DNA from: a virus
Strand: one strand, 5' to 3'
DNA length: 64,000 nucleotides
IMG/VR virus record: IMGVR_UViG_3300028388_004019
Coordinates: 1-64,000 of that record
Below, in pieces: positions 20,692-30,063 of the stretch. The notes beneath the pieces were generated by a model. The model was not told the origin of the DNA and searched no databases. It worked only from the letters and a program-made list of their open reading frames with translations. Position numbers and translations under genes: made by a program. Every line of letters begins with the position of its first letter. Position 1 is the stretch's first letter.

Positions 20692-22122
20692 TTATATTAC
20701 ACCTCCAAAGTAATTTTTATTGGTAACCCAAATCTGATAACCTCTTCGTAATACTTCTCTACTAAAACCAATATCAAAGTCACCATCTTCATAATTGTCA
20801 ATAACTTTACCATATAAACCAACCATATTCGGAAGTATTGAAGATTTAAACATGATTATACCTGTCAGAAAACCAACACTGAAAGTTCCTCGTTTTTGGT
20901 AATTTCTTATCAGTACTTGATTTTCGTTTTCCACAACATAACCATCACTATCTGTCCTGAACCAAAAATTAACCCATTCGCTACCTTCACTCACAATCAT
21001 TGGTGAAAGTATATTTTTATCTTCCTCAATGAGGTATTTTAGAGACTCACGATTTCTAAAAATGTAGTTACAATCAAAGTTAATAATATAATCTACATTA
21101 TATTCCAAACTCTGTTTTATCGAAATATCTCTTTTCTCTGATTTTGATTTATTGACTTTATGTTTGGTGACACTCAAATAATCTGTTTCAAATTTTTCAA
21201 TAAATCTACTTATTTTATAATCATGTGAATCATCATCAAAGTATATTCTAAGATGGATATTATTTTTTGGATAATTCAAATATCTTATTTGGTCAAAAAC
21301 TTGGTCAATATCTTTCACTTCGAAATCTAAAAAAATATTGAATAAAAATTTATGTGTCTCTTGTTTGATGTCTTTGGATAAATAAAGTTCGTAATACATC
21401 TCATGAATCCTTTGTTTTACCGGTGATGGTCCATTCCCGTGTATGACAGAAGGTGTTGTCTCAGTAGTATTATTAATCACTTTATCCTTATGTACTATGA
21501 CATCATCTAATGCCAAATTCATTGTTTGAAACAACAATTGGTTGTGGTCCAAAACCATATTATCATTTTCATCACTCAAATAATAATTTGTGTAGAACTC
21601 CTGGTCGTCATCACTTTTTTCAATATTAACATCAACCAATTTCAATATGTGGTCACCATATCCGATGAATCCACCTGAATTCAAAAATCTATAATCACCA
21701 TCAATCTTAGGATATTCATCCACAAGGTCTTGATTGGGCCAACATGTTTTCTCAGCACTAAAGACCATTGGACTGTTAAAACTTCTGAACTTAGTCATAA
21801 TGTTTTTCGGACTATCATTGAATATGACATCATAAGAATCCGTAAACAGAATTACCGTGTTCTCTAAGTCGTACCAATCTTTAATTTCATCTCTCAAATA
21901 AATGATTTTTTGTGCACCACCTGGCTCTAATAATACTCCATTCTCAGCTGCACCACTTTCCCACGCCTGACCTAAACCCAATACCTTATATGGTATTTTA
22001 TTTCTTTTACACGTATCTTCAAACCTATCAAGGTTTTCATTCCTTTCTGTCGCAACAGTAATCACAACAAAACGGTCCACACCATCATAGTACGCATTTT
22101 CAATATTATCATATATTCCCAT
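20692..22122 (-). CDS. PLOD-type (procollagen lysyl hydroxylase/glycosyltransferase family) glycosyltransferase plus accessory domain, lacking the hydroxylase domain
   Basis: Colinear with the PLOD/LH3 GT domain as recalled: VITVAT, LGLGQAW, GGAQKI, FTDSYDVI (DxxD), FSAEKTCWP, RFLNSGGFIG, SDDDQEFYT, LDHNQLLFQTMN, HGNGP. The accessory domain follows: LNYP, KRD, LKYLIEEDKNILSPM, WVNFW, DFDIGFSR...YQIWVTNKNYFG. Confidence 0.92.
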   Translation of the reverse strand: MGIYDNIENAYYDGVDRFVVITVATERNENLDRFEDTCKRNKIPYKVLGLGQAWESGAAENGVLLEPGGAQKIIYLRDEIKDWYDLENTVILFTDSYDVIFNDSPKNIMTKFRSFNSPMVFSAEKTCWPNQDLVDEYPKIDGDYRFLNSGGFIGYGDHILKLVDVNIEKSDDDQEFYTNYYLSDENDNMVLDHNQLLFQTMNLALDDVIVHKDKVINNTTETTPSVIHGNGPSPVKQRIHEMYYELYLSKDIKQETHKFLFNIFLDFEVKDIDQVFDQIRYLNYPKNNIHLRIYFDDDSHDYKISRFIEKFETDYLSVTKHKVNKSKSEKRDISIKQSLEYNVDYIINFDCNYIFRNRESLKYLIEEDKNILSPMIVSEGSEWVNFWFRTDSDGYVVENENQVLIRNYQKRGTFSVGFLTGIIMFKSSILPNMVGLYGKVIDNYEDGDFDIGFSREVLRRGYQIWVTNKNYFGGVI

Positions 22123-22154
22123 AAGACAGTTTTATGGAAAAATAAGATAAGTTT

Positions 22155-22439
22155 CTAATTAAGAAATATTTTACCGTAGGAAGTTTCAAAATAGGGTTCA
22201 ACAATAGATACTACATCCTCTTCAGGTTGCATGTGGTTGAGTTCGAGAATAATCCCTATCATCTGTTTTTGAGTGAGTTCAATGTCCTCACCCTTATCAA
22301 AGTTTTCATTGGCAGTTTTTTCCACCTCATCGAAAAAATCTTGTGGCTCAGCAACACCAATCAACTTCTGAAGTTCATCAGGATTGTCAGTAAAAAACTT
22401 TACAAAATTACTTACGTATATTTGGACATCTACATTCAT
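22155..22439 (-). CDS. Hypothetical protein
   Basis: 94-aa ORF with its own -7 box (TATATTTG) directly upstream. Confidence 0.7.
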   Translation of the reverse strand: MNVDVQIYVSNFVKFFTDNPDELQKLIGVAEPQDFFDEVEKTANENFDKGEDIELTQKQMIGIILELNHMQPEEDVVSIVEPYFETSYGKIFLN

Positions 22440-22443
22440 ACTA

Positions 22444-22480
22444 CAAATATAAAAAAAGTCAGGAGAATGTCCTGACTTTT
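22444..22480 (-). terminator. Terminator with adjoining -7 promoter box
   Basis: Minus strand AAAAGTCAGGA-CATTC-TCCTGAC-T7 running into TATATTTG. Confidence 0.75.
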
Positions 22481-22486
22481 ACTAAA

Positions 22487-23839
22487 TTATCTTGAGATAA
22501 ACACACCCTCTTCCGCCAACTTCTCAACTGCTTCAGGTAGCTTAAGTTGACTGTTACCTTGGATGTTGATTACCTTCAAATTCGGTAATTTTGCAATATC
22601 CTCAGGGATAGTCTTTAAGTTAGGGTTGTTAGGAATTGAAAGGAACTGTAAGTTTTCCAATTGACCAATGGACTTTGGAAGTGATTTAAGAATACCTTCA
22701 AAGTGAACCGCCATCAAGTTTTTGTAATCACCCAATTTCTCAGGAATATCCAAAGCCAATTCTTTTACATCTTCACTTCTATATCCGTAACCACCACTAC
22801 TCTTAGTGAAGTCAAACGAAGTGATGTCTTTCGGTAAGTTTTGGAACAACTCATCGAAACCGTAAAGTGCAATATACTTAGAAGACGCATCTCTTGGGTA
22901 ATCGATATTTACCTTCTTACCGTCCATGGAAGTCATCCCCTTAGCAAATTCAGGTTTGAACGTATCTTTCAACTCAGGATTTGAATTTAAGAAACTAATC
23001 AAATCGATAGTACGGTCGTTAGCGTCCATAAACTGATTTGATGGGAAGTGGAATTGGTATCTCTTCGCTGGAAGACCCGATACCTGACCAACCTTAGGAC
23101 CACCTGACATAAACTCTTCAGCTTTGTTAGGTAGAATAACATATAATGGACCACTCTTAATGTAGTGGTTAAACATTGAACCACCAGGAGATGATGTACA
23201 CCATCCTGATTCACCCTTACCAGGCTTTTGGTCGTTACCACCGTAGAAACATGCCGCGTCCTTACCTAATTGACTTGAATCACTAATTCTAACAACAGTC
23301 CAATTAGCACCTCTGAATATTACCTCACCACCTGGGTGGTCGTAAGTCTTAGCAGCTTCTTCTTTCTCATCTTTAGTTGCCTTAGTCTTCTCCAAAGAGA
23401 ATGGTAACATCAAATCGTTAAGTCTTTCAATACTAATCTTATTGATATCACGGTATTCACGTTCCAACTTATTTTTGAACCTCTCGAACTTTTCCAAGTC
23501 CTGAGTTACCTTATATAAATCTTCAAAAAACAAACGTAACTTTTCTTTCTTCTCAGCTTTGAATGCTGGTGTACCGTAGTCGGCCTCAATATTCGGCTCA
23601 ATCTGTAGGAATTGTCTTAATAACCAATTCACATACTTACCTGCCTTTTTGATGTTATCTCCATCCTTACGTGTTGTAGGGTCAGCGGAGATAATCTTAT
23701 CAAATTCCTCCTTACTCATACGAGCAGGTTTTACTTTGTCACCTTTCTTTTTCGGCTCTGTATAAGTCTTCAACAAAAGCTCGTAACGACCTTGTTCAAG
23801 AATTACTGTCTTTACTATATTACTAAACTTAATTGCCAT
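22487..23839 (-). CDS. Phage protein with C-terminal leucine-rich repeats
   Basis: C-terminal LPKSIGQLENLQFLSIPNNPNLKTIPEDIAKLPNLKVINIQGNSQLKLP is an LRR. The middle region has WCTS...GPLYVI...RYQFHFPSNQFMD. Confidence 0.8.
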   Translation of the reverse strand: MAIKFSNIVKTVILEQGRYELLLKTYTEPKKKGDKVKPARMSKEEFDKIISADPTTRKDGDNIKKAGKYVNWLLRQFLQIEPNIEADYGTPAFKAEKKEKLRLFFEDLYKVTQDLEKFERFKNKLEREYRDINKISIERLNDLMLPFSLEKTKATKDEKEEAAKTYDHPGGEVIFRGANWTVVRISDSSQLGKDAACFYGGNDQKPGKGESGWCTSSPGGSMFNHYIKSGPLYVILPNKAEEFMSGGPKVGQVSGLPAKRYQFHFPSNQFMDANDRTIDLISFLNSNPELKDTFKPEFAKGMTSMDGKKVNIDYPRDASSKYIALYGFDELFQNLPKDITSFDFTKSSGGYGYRSEDVKELALDIPEKLGDYKNLMAVHFEGILKSLPKSIGQLENLQFLSIPNNPNLKTIPEDIAKLPNLKVINIQGNSQLKLPEAVEKLAEEGVFISR

Positions 23840-23897
23840 AGTGTTTGTTTTTCTTATAAATATATGAATAAATAAAAGATTCTATCTTACAACACCA

Positions 23898-23929
23898 CAA
23901 AGATAAAGAAAAGGTTTTAGATATCCAAA
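23898..23929 (-). promoter_or_regulatory. Bacteroidota-type sigma-A promoter
   Basis: Minus strand TTTG-N20-TATCTTTG, an exact consensus match. Confidence 0.8.
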
Positions 23930-24816
23930 GTAGTTTGACCCTTTTCTACCTCCTTATATGAACTCAGACCTTCAACTTCGTAGTTCATAATCAATAGTTC
24001 GGTTCCTTTCGATTGAGCCTTTCCACTACTTGCACCTGCAGCTTTGGAGAAGTCCTTAGTGACCCAAGCATGACTCTCCTTTGGGAACCATTGATGTAGA
24101 AGGTCGAAATCATAATAAGATAAAGAATACTTAGACTCAACTTCTGATAATACGTTGGCAAGTCTTTCATGGTCGTCACGGTCAAAATCATGGTTAGAAT
24201 AATAGTTTTCAGTTTTCCAATATGGTGGGTCCAAATAGATATATGTCGTTGGTGAGTCGTACTTCTTAATAACCTCAGCAAAGTCCATGTTCTCAACATG
24301 AGTAATTGACAAGAACTTCTTTACCCACTTCTCATTCCTCAACTTATCACGGAAGGTCAAGAACTTAGATTTATACTTACCTTTAAGGTCAATAAACTTA
24401 GACGATTCAGGTTTACTACCACTGAAAACTGAAGTAAGGATATAGGCATACTTCGCAGCAACCTCATAGTCAGGACCGTTCACCTCAAACCCATCAGCAA
24501 AGATTTCACTCTGAAATTGTTCAAACTGTAAACGATAGATTGCTGGTGTCGGGAACTCTCCCTTCTGTTGACAAGGGATTGCCTCAACAGCCTTCAACAA
24601 CTCTGTAGGGTTTTGAATACATTGAAACAAATTATAATTCAACGGATTGAAGTCATTGTACACAACCCTTTTTAAGTTTGGATACTTTTCCATATCCATG
24701 TTATAGAAACACCAAAACATTCCACCGAATGTCTCAACATACGTCTCCATATCTTGTGGGTAATAGTCCACAATCCATTTTCCAATTCTACTTTTTCCTC
24801 CGATATATGATAGCAT
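23917..24816 (-). CDS. DNA adenine methyltransferase (Dam/D12 class), orphan
   Basis: YIGGKS, YVETFGG (motif I) and YLDPPY (motif IV), in alpha-type order. Confidence 0.9.
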   Translation of the reverse strand: MLSYIGGKSRIGKWIVDYYPQDMETYVETFGGMFWCFYNMDMEKYPNLKRVVYNDFNPLNYNLFQCIQNPTELLKAVEAIPCQQKGEFPTPAIYRLQFEQFQSEIFADGFEVNGPDYEVAAKYAYILTSVFSGSKPESSKFIDLKGKYKSKFLTFRDKLRNEKWVKKFLSITHVENMDFAEVIKKYDSPTTYIYLDPPYWKTENYYSNHDFDRDDHERLANVLSEVESKYSLSYYDFDLLHQWFPKESHAWVTKDFSKAAGASSGKAQSKGTELLIMNYEVEGLSSYKEVEKGQTTLDI

Positions 24817-24832
24817 AAAAAATCCTTTTCCA

Positions 24833-24864
24833 CAAATATAGTAAATAAAAACGGAAAAGGCAAA
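24833..24864 (-). promoter_or_regulatory. Bacteroidota-type sigma-A promoter
   Basis: Minus strand TTTG-N20-TATATTTG, an exact consensus match, upstream of the Dam-like gene. Confidence 0.85.
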
Positions 24865-24874
24865 TCTTAAAATG

Positions 24875-24900
24875 AAAAAACCCCTCCGAAGAGGGGATTT
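24875..24900 (-). terminator. Terminator, copy 1 of a 22-bp direct repeat
   Basis: AAAAAACCCCTCCGAAGAGGGG (24875-24896), identical to 25802-25823. Confidence 0.85.
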
Positions 24901-24902
24901 GT

Positions 24903-25745
24903 TTAGTTTGTTCTCATAAATTTAACTCTCCTACCGTCACTATAAAGAACAATATAAACTTTATTTGGTTCTATATAATCAACATCACGTCCCAATAAAT
25001 CATAATAACCAACCACACTTACCTTATCTAAATCAGTTTGTGTTATCTTCTTGATAGATACTGACTTGAACTCCAAACATACATTTAATTTTTTGAATGC
25101 CCAAGTATCAATTCCTGTACACTTATTATAAATCATAGGGATAATGAAGTATCGACCTGAGTCTTTGAAGGTATAATCCAAAACTCTCTCAGAACGGATA
25201 CTATAATATTCAATAAGTTCATCATCCCAACTGTAAGTAAAATACAATGTTGAATCATCAACTTCTTTCCATTCTTTATTACTTAAACTATCAATCCATC
25301 CATCACCTTTATATATTGTGTAGTAATATTCGATACAGGTGTCTTTTCGGTCCTCCAACTCAAACGTATAATACTTACAATTCTTTGCTCCGATATTATA
25401 ACCATAACCTAATTTATTAAACACGGTAACATCAACCTCAACTGTAAATACAGTATCACACTTTTCACATTCGTTAAAAACATTGAGTCTCATTTGATAT
25501 TTTCCTTTACCAAATGAAACACCAGTGTACCCACCCCAATCTTCAAGAGTGTCCACCTTATCTAACTGATAATCATATACTGTGAAATAATAATACCAAC
25601 ACTCATCAGAATGCATGTTGGTTTGAAAATACATATCATTGGCTTGTTGTTGAACCTTCTTGAATGTGATGCCAGAAAAATCACATTTGGACCACCCTGT
25701 TATCGACGTAAACAAAATGGTGAGTAATAAGACTAATTTTTTCAT
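24903..25745 (-). CDS. Secreted protein with signal peptide, PKD/Ig-like repeats and T9SS type A-like C-terminal sorting domain
   Basis: Probable start MKKLVLLLTILFTSITGWS/K at 25745 (the track extends it to 25781). Two repeats contain YYFTVY/YYYTIY...GKY/GRY...NxC. The C-terminus is VVGYYDLLGRDVDYIEPNKVYIVLYSDGRRVKFMRTN. Confidence 0.75.
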   Translation of the reverse strand: MKKLVLLLTILFTSITGWSKCDFSGITFKKVQQQANDMYFQTNMHSDECWYYYFTVYDYQLDKVDTLEDWGGYTGVSFGKGKYQMRLNVFNECEKCDTVFTVEVDVTVFNKLGYGYNIGAKNCKYYTFELEDRKDTCIEYYYTIYKGDGWIDSLSNKEWKEVDDSTLYFTYSWDDELIEYYSIRSERVLDYTFKDSGRYFIIPMIYNKCTGIDTWAFKKLNVCLEFKSVSIKKITQTDLDKVSVVGYYDLLGRDVDYIEPNKVYIVLYSDGRRVKFMRTN

Positions 25746-25801
25746 GACCACAAAAGTAACCTTAAAAGAATAGAAGGACAATCATTAGTGTGTCATAAAA
25801 T

Positions 25802-25833
25802 AAAAAACCCCTCCGAAGAGGGGTTTTTTTTTT
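25802..25833. terminator. Bidirectional terminator, copy 2 of the 22-bp direct repeat
   Basis: AAAAAACCCCTC-CGAA-GAGGGG-T10. Confidence 0.85.
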
Positions 25834-25835
25834 GG

Positions 25836-26048
25836 TTACTTTTGGATTTTACTCATAACCCAGGCCTTTAAGATGTCCCAGTTACGTGTAGCAAATACAC
25901 CGAATGAGAAACCTGCCCAAATCTTGTATCCCATAGCCCATAAGACTAAACCGATAAGAAGACCTAAAATACCTTCAACACCGTTCGATACAATCCAGTT
26001 TTTACATACCGCAAAAACCATTTTAATAAAGTCTAATACTTTTTTCAT
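25836..26048 (-). CDS. Small membrane protein
   Basis: 70 aa with a hydrophobic hairpin (GILGLLIGLVLWAMGYKIWAGFSFGVFA). Confidence 0.7.
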   Translation of the reverse strand: MKKVLDFIKMVFAVCKNWIVSNGVEGILGLLIGLVLWAMGYKIWAGFSFGVFATRNWDILKAWVMSKIQK

Positions 26049-26150
26049 AATAGTACTGTTTTAAAAATAAATACTCCAAAACCTCAGAATGTTGATTTCT
26101 TAGATATTTATTGTTAAGTTAATGTAAATAAACTGTAAAAAAAAGTCGTT

Positions 26151-26489
26151 ATGAAACAAATATTTATAACCCTATTCCTTTTAATCGGTCTATCCTCATT
26201 CGGTCAAACAGTTTCCATTACAGACTGGGATAACAACAACGTTGAAGAATATGTTAAGTGGTCTGAAGAAGGGTACAAATTAGAATCTGGCAGTATGATT
26301 GCTGGAAAATTCCACGGTACATTTATCTCTTACTACCCTGACGGAACAATCAGAGTAAAAGCACAATTCAAAAACGGTAGTAAAGAAGGTGTATGGAAAT
26401 ACTTTAATAAAAATGGTGATATCACTCACCGTATCGTATACCAAGAAAATAAAAGGATACAAGCGTCAGAGACTCGTTATTTCGAATAA
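26151..26489 (+). CDS. MORN-variant repeat (YwqK-like) protein with signal peptide
   Basis: Signal MKQIFITLFLLIGLSSFG/Q; GKFHGTFISYYPDG and GSKEGVWKYFNKNG repeats. Confidence 0.75.
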   Translation: MKQIFITLFLLIGLSSFGQTVSITDWDNNNVEEYVKWSEEGYKLESGSMIAGKFHGTFISYYPDGTIRVKAQFKNGSKEGVWKYFNKNGDITHRIVYQENKRIQASETRYFE

Positions 26490-26635
26490 CAGTTCTTATA
26501 TGGACGACATGAAGCTTTCTGAGAGAACCCCATATCTTTACATGGGGTTTTTTCACAATAGGACTTACTCATCTTTCTCTCAGTGAGTTCCTCCTCTATA
26601 TACTTTTTCAATACGTTTCTTATTATATCTTCCAT
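26477..26635 (-). CDS. Small Cys-containing protein (52 aa)
   Basis: Translated by hand: MEDIIRNVLKKYIEEELTERKMSKSYCEKTPCKDMGFSQKASCRPYKNCYSK*. Four Cys; a TATTTAT motif lies directly upstream. Confidence 0.7.
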   Translation of the reverse strand: MEDIIRNVLKKYIEEELTERKMSKSYCEKTPCKDMGFSQKASCRPYKNCYSK

Positions 26636-26652
26636 ATAAAGATAAATATATT

Positions 26653-26793
26653 ATGGCAGAAAAAGAATGTTCACAGTGTAAAGAGAATCTAAACGGAATA
26701 CAAAAAGGTATGTTAGTCCTTTCTATTTATATTCTCATGGCTTCAGTTTACGGAACTATTAAGTTGTTCGAACTAGCCATGACTTGGTTCTAA
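26653..26793 (+). CDS. Small membrane protein with CxxC (46 aa)
   Basis: Translated by hand: [46 protein letters not shown]. Confidence 0.6.
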   Translation: MAEKECSQCKENLNGIQKGMLVLSIYILMASVYGTIKLFELAMTWF

Positions 26794-27723
26794 AGACTCT
26801 TCACGAGTTACACTCAACTTAATAAAAAGGTCACCCTTCATATTTTGAATGTTAAACCCTTTACCCCTCACTCGTAGGGGTTTTTCTGTATCCAATACCT
26901 GAGGCAATGGAATACTAATCTTTGAATCGGGGTGTGGGACCTCAATCTTTTCCATACTCATAAAATCATTAACATTGACCTTATGGTGATATACTAAATC
27001 ATTGTTTATCTTTTCAAAACCTTCACCCTTAACCATATTGACTTTAAGAATTAGGTCACCAATACCTCTACCAGGGTAAAAGTCACCCTTCTGTTGTAAT
27101 CTTAGGAAGTCACCACTATCCACATTTTTAGGAATGTTAACTTTTACATTTGTGAATACAGGTTTTGTCTTTTGACCACCACAAGTATAACATGGATTGA
27201 TAATTCTATAACCTTCACCTCTACATTGAGGACAGTCAGATTCCACCACCTGAGCAAACATACCTGAACCGAATTTCTGTCTTACCCTACCGTGACCTTG
27301 ACAGGTACCACAAACTTCTCGGTCACCACCAACACCTTTACAAGTTTCACAACTACCTCTTACTTGATAACTTAATTCACGTTCCACACCATTGTAGGAT
27401 TCCACAGGATTAATATCAATGTTGATAATCTTATCAGGTGCTTGAGGTTTACGTCTTTGTCGTGTTTGTGTTTGTTGGTTAAACATATTGAAGAAGTCCT
27501 CCATAGAACCTCCACCCCCACCAAATGGATTCGGATTATCGTATTGATTTTTCTTATTCTCATCACTCAGAACACCATAGGCTTCACCAATCTCTTTGAA
27601 CTTATCACCACCCTCAGGGTTTACATCTGGGTGATATTGTTTACTTAATTTTCTATACGCCTTTTTGATTTCGTCCTGAGACGCATCACGAGAGACACCT
27701 AAAATTTGATAATAATCTTTCAT
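26773..27723 (-). CDS. dnaJ: DnaJ chaperone
   Basis: MKDYYQILG...YHPD J-domain, G/F linker, four CxxCxGxG-type zinc-finger repeats, C-terminal KGDLFI. Confidence 0.95.
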   Translation of the reverse strand: MKDYYQILGVSRDASQDEIKKAYRKLSKQYHPDVNPEGGDKFKEIGEAYGVLSDENKKNQYDNPNPFGGGGGSMEDFFNMFNQQTQTRQRRKPQAPDKIINIDINPVESYNGVERELSYQVRGSCETCKGVGGDREVCGTCQGHGRVRQKFGSGMFAQVVESDCPQCRGEGYRIINPCYTCGGQKTKPVFTNVKVNIPKNVDSGDFLRLQQKGDFYPGRGIGDLILKVNMVKGEGFEKINNDLVYHHKVNVNDFMSMEKIEVPHPDSKISIPLPQVLDTEKPLRVRGKGFNIQNMKGDLFIKLSVTREESLEPSHG

Positions 27724-28366
27724 GGACAACTATATAATTGTATTGTTTAAGAATAAGAAAAAGAGACGAATAATCAAAGGTTACGTAACAGAAAGTAACG
27801 CTCGTCAGAAATTCAATACATTACTCAAAGAAAATGAGGTTCTTTTCCCTATGGAATATGAGAATGCTGAGTATTGTGTTCATGAATTAGGTATACTCAC
27901 CACACAACGTGATTTTCAATTACCACTGTTTTATACTGATGAGTTTGGTAGGAATGAAAAGGTCTTTGTTGACGGTGAAAGTCATTATACCTTTATTGAT
28001 ATCAAACCTTATCAAATAGAAGAAAAAATTTATGATTGGCAAACAGATAAGAAGATTGACATGCAAAAACTTATCTACGACTACTGCCCAATCAAAGAAA
28101 TGAAAAGTATCTCCACTTTGAATAATAAAATTATTGTACAGATTAATGATGATTTCAAATTGTTCTCTTTGAAGAATATTGATGATGCACAACGAGCATT
28201 GAAAGTAATGGAAAAGTATTTCATTAAAAAGGGTCGTAAAGATGCCATTTTTGTTCGTGACATTTCTACGACCCAACGTAAGTGGTTATATGATGTGCTA
28301 GAAAGAAACGGATTTGACCGTAAGAAACTCTATCGTCAACACACTACTTACTCGAAACGAGAGTAA
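27722..28366 (+). CDS. Hypothetical protein
   Basis: 214-aa ORF; its ATG overlaps the dnaJ start codon head-to-head. Confidence 0.7.
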   Translation: MDNYIIVLFKNKKKRRIIKGYVTESNARQKFNTLLKENEVLFPMEYENAEYCVHELGILTTQRDFQLPLFYTDEFGRNEKVFVDGESHYTFIDIKPYQIEEKIYDWQTDKKIDMQKLIYDYCPIKEMKSISTLNNKIIVQINDDFKLFSLKNIDDAQRALKVMEKYFIKKGRKDAIFVRDISTTQRKWLYDVLERNGFDRKKLYRQHTTYSKRE

Positions 28367-28571
28367 ATTCAATACCTGATATATCAATAATAACTTGTTC
28401 TGAACGTACATCCCTCGGACTGAATAAACCTACGACCTTCCTGAATTCATCTGACTGTAGTTCAACAATAACCGAAACTTTACCTTTATTAAAAACTGAG
28501 TCGTCCAAGATTTCAGAAATCTCAGCCAACTTTCTTAGTTCATCCCTAAAGTTCGTTTCAGTCTCTGCCAT
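28344..28571 (-). CDS. Hypothetical protein
   Basis: 75-aa ORF in a coupled minus-strand run. Confidence 0.6.
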   Translation of the reverse strand: MAETETNFRDELRKLAEISEILDDSVFNKGKVSVIVELQSDEFRKVVGLFSPRDVRSEQVIIDISGIEFTLVSSK

Positions 28572-28738
28572 AACGTATACTTTTTCTCTACAACAGGTGT
28601 ATTCTTAATCTTTTCAGGCTCAACCTTCTTAATTTGTTCAATGAAGTCTATTTTAGACTTCTTCTCCTCTTGACTGTCCTTCAGCTTCTCGCTCTTGAAC
28701 CACGTCATCAGATTCTCCGTCTGTTTGTCCATCATCAT
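28535..28738 (-). CDS. Hypothetical protein
   Basis: 67-aa ORF overlapping both neighbours. Confidence 0.55.
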   Translation of the reverse strand: MMMDKQTENLMTWFKSEKLKDSQEEKKSKIDFIEQIKKVEPEKIKNTPVVEKKYTLWQRLKRTLGMN

Positions 28739-29138
28739 CTAATTTTGCTTCTAACTCCAACGTTGTGTTTTCATCAATCTCAAAATACAAACGTTTAAGT
28801 TCATTAACATCTTTTGATTCAAACATACTCTTCAACTCCTGAAACTTATCTTTGAATAATCTTTCTTTTTCTTCCCTTTCTAAATTGAACTCGAACACTT
28901 TGTTGATTGCTGTTTCCAACGTATCAACCATTTCCTTCTCATTCTTAACCACGAAAGCATATAACTTATGATTTTCTCTTTCAGAAGTGTCCTGTGGTAA
29001 TACCTCAATATCCGTTACCAATTTCTTTGGAATGACCCACGAAGATTTAATATACAAATCAAAAGACACATAGTCCTTTAATAGTCTCATAGACTTAAGG
29101 TAAGATTTAGTTTGTTCTGTAAATTGTGAAAAAATCAT
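28653..29138 (-). CDS. Hypothetical protein
   Basis: 161-aa ORF, helical and charged. Confidence 0.65.
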   Translation of the reverse strand: MIFSQFTEQTKSYLKSMRLLKDYVSFDLYIKSSWVIPKKLVTDIEVLPQDTSERENHKLYAFVVKNEKEMVDTLETAINKVFEFNLEREEKERLFKDKFQELKSMFESKDVNELKRLYFEIDENTTLELEAKLDDDGQTDGESDDVVQEREAEGQSRGEEV

Positions 29139-29332
29139 AATAATACAATAATGTATGAAATGATGTAACTCAAGAAAATACCGTGTAGGATAATTTCTCG
29201 GTTACTTAAGTTTAGAGGTTGTGGAGGGTCAGAAAGAAGAGAACTAACAAAGTTCACCCCAAGTCTGACCATCGCCAAAACCGAGAACACAAAGATAAAG
29301 AGAGTAATATTTGCTACTATCTCGTTTATCAT
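29135..29332 (-). CDS. Small two-helix membrane protein
   Basis: 65 aa with two hydrophobic segments; coupled start (TAATG). Confidence 0.7.
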   Translation of the reverse strand: MINEIVANITLFIFVFSVLAMVRLGVNFVSSLLSDPPQPLNLSNREIILHGIFLSYIISYIIVLL

Positions 29333-29505
29333 TATAGTGTTTTTTTGTGGTCTAAGATTTCACCTCTCAAATCCTGAAGCATTGCTTTCAATTCCTGAGC
29401 AGTCTTTCTAGCTCTTGTACCAGCAGATTTGTTACCAGCGTAGAATTTATTCGTGTCAACTGACAATGTTTCTACTAATGTTTTGATGTTTTCTAATGTT
29501 TCCAT
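29332..29505 (-). CDS. Histone H1-like (Hc1-family-like) small DNA-binding protein (57 aa)
   Basis: Translated by hand: METLENIKTLVETLSVDTNKFYAGNKSAGTRARKTAQELKAMLQDLRGEILDHKKTL*. The KF..GNKSAGTRARK..QELK...Q.LR.E pattern is characteristic of this family. Confidence 0.8.
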   Translation of the reverse strand: METLENIKTLVETLSVDTNKFYAGNKSAGTRARKTAQELKAMLQDLRGEILDHKKTL

Positions 29506-29580
29506 TTTAATTCAATTGTTAAAAATTTATTACCCAAAATGTAGATTTTATGGGTTTATAGTAAAGCCAATAAGGAAAAA

Positions 29581-30063
29581 TTAATTTTCGAGTGACCTCT
29601 CTAATACTTTATATATGTCGGTATACATTTCTAAATCAGACTTTGTAAAAGTCCTTTCCATATCAAAAAGTTGTTTAAGAAATGGGACAATAGAGTCTCT
29701 AACCTCTCTATCAGATTGGTCATAATATACCTCGAAATAGAAACTTTCGAAATAATCATAATCATCCTTTTTGAATTTGAATTTGATGTTCTCTTTCTTG
29801 AAGTTATCAATAGTAGTATTCCAACACCATTGGAAGTGTCCTCTCTTATCGTCCTCATTCAACGATATCTTAGTCGCCCTACTCTCACCATGACTATCAC
29901 CCAAATAAGTATCCTGAACCAAATATATTAAGGAATAACAAAAGTCCTCAAATAGTTCAGAATACTCTCTTTGAATATTATGTGCACGGAACCACAGGTC
30001 GACATCCGATTTCGGCATCGGTTTCGATATCCAATTAAAAAAAAAGTCCATCCCCTCTTTCAT
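29581..30063 (-). CDS. Hypothetical protein
   Basis: 160-aa ORF. Confidence 0.7.
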   Translation of the reverse strand: MKEGMDFFFNWISKPMPKSDVDLWFRAHNIQREYSELFEDFCYSLIYLVQDTYLGDSHGESRATKISLNEDDKRGHFQWCWNTTIDNFKKENIKFKFKKDDYDYFESFYFEVYYDQSDREVRDSIVPFLKQLFDMERTFTKSDLEMYTDIYKVLERSLEN

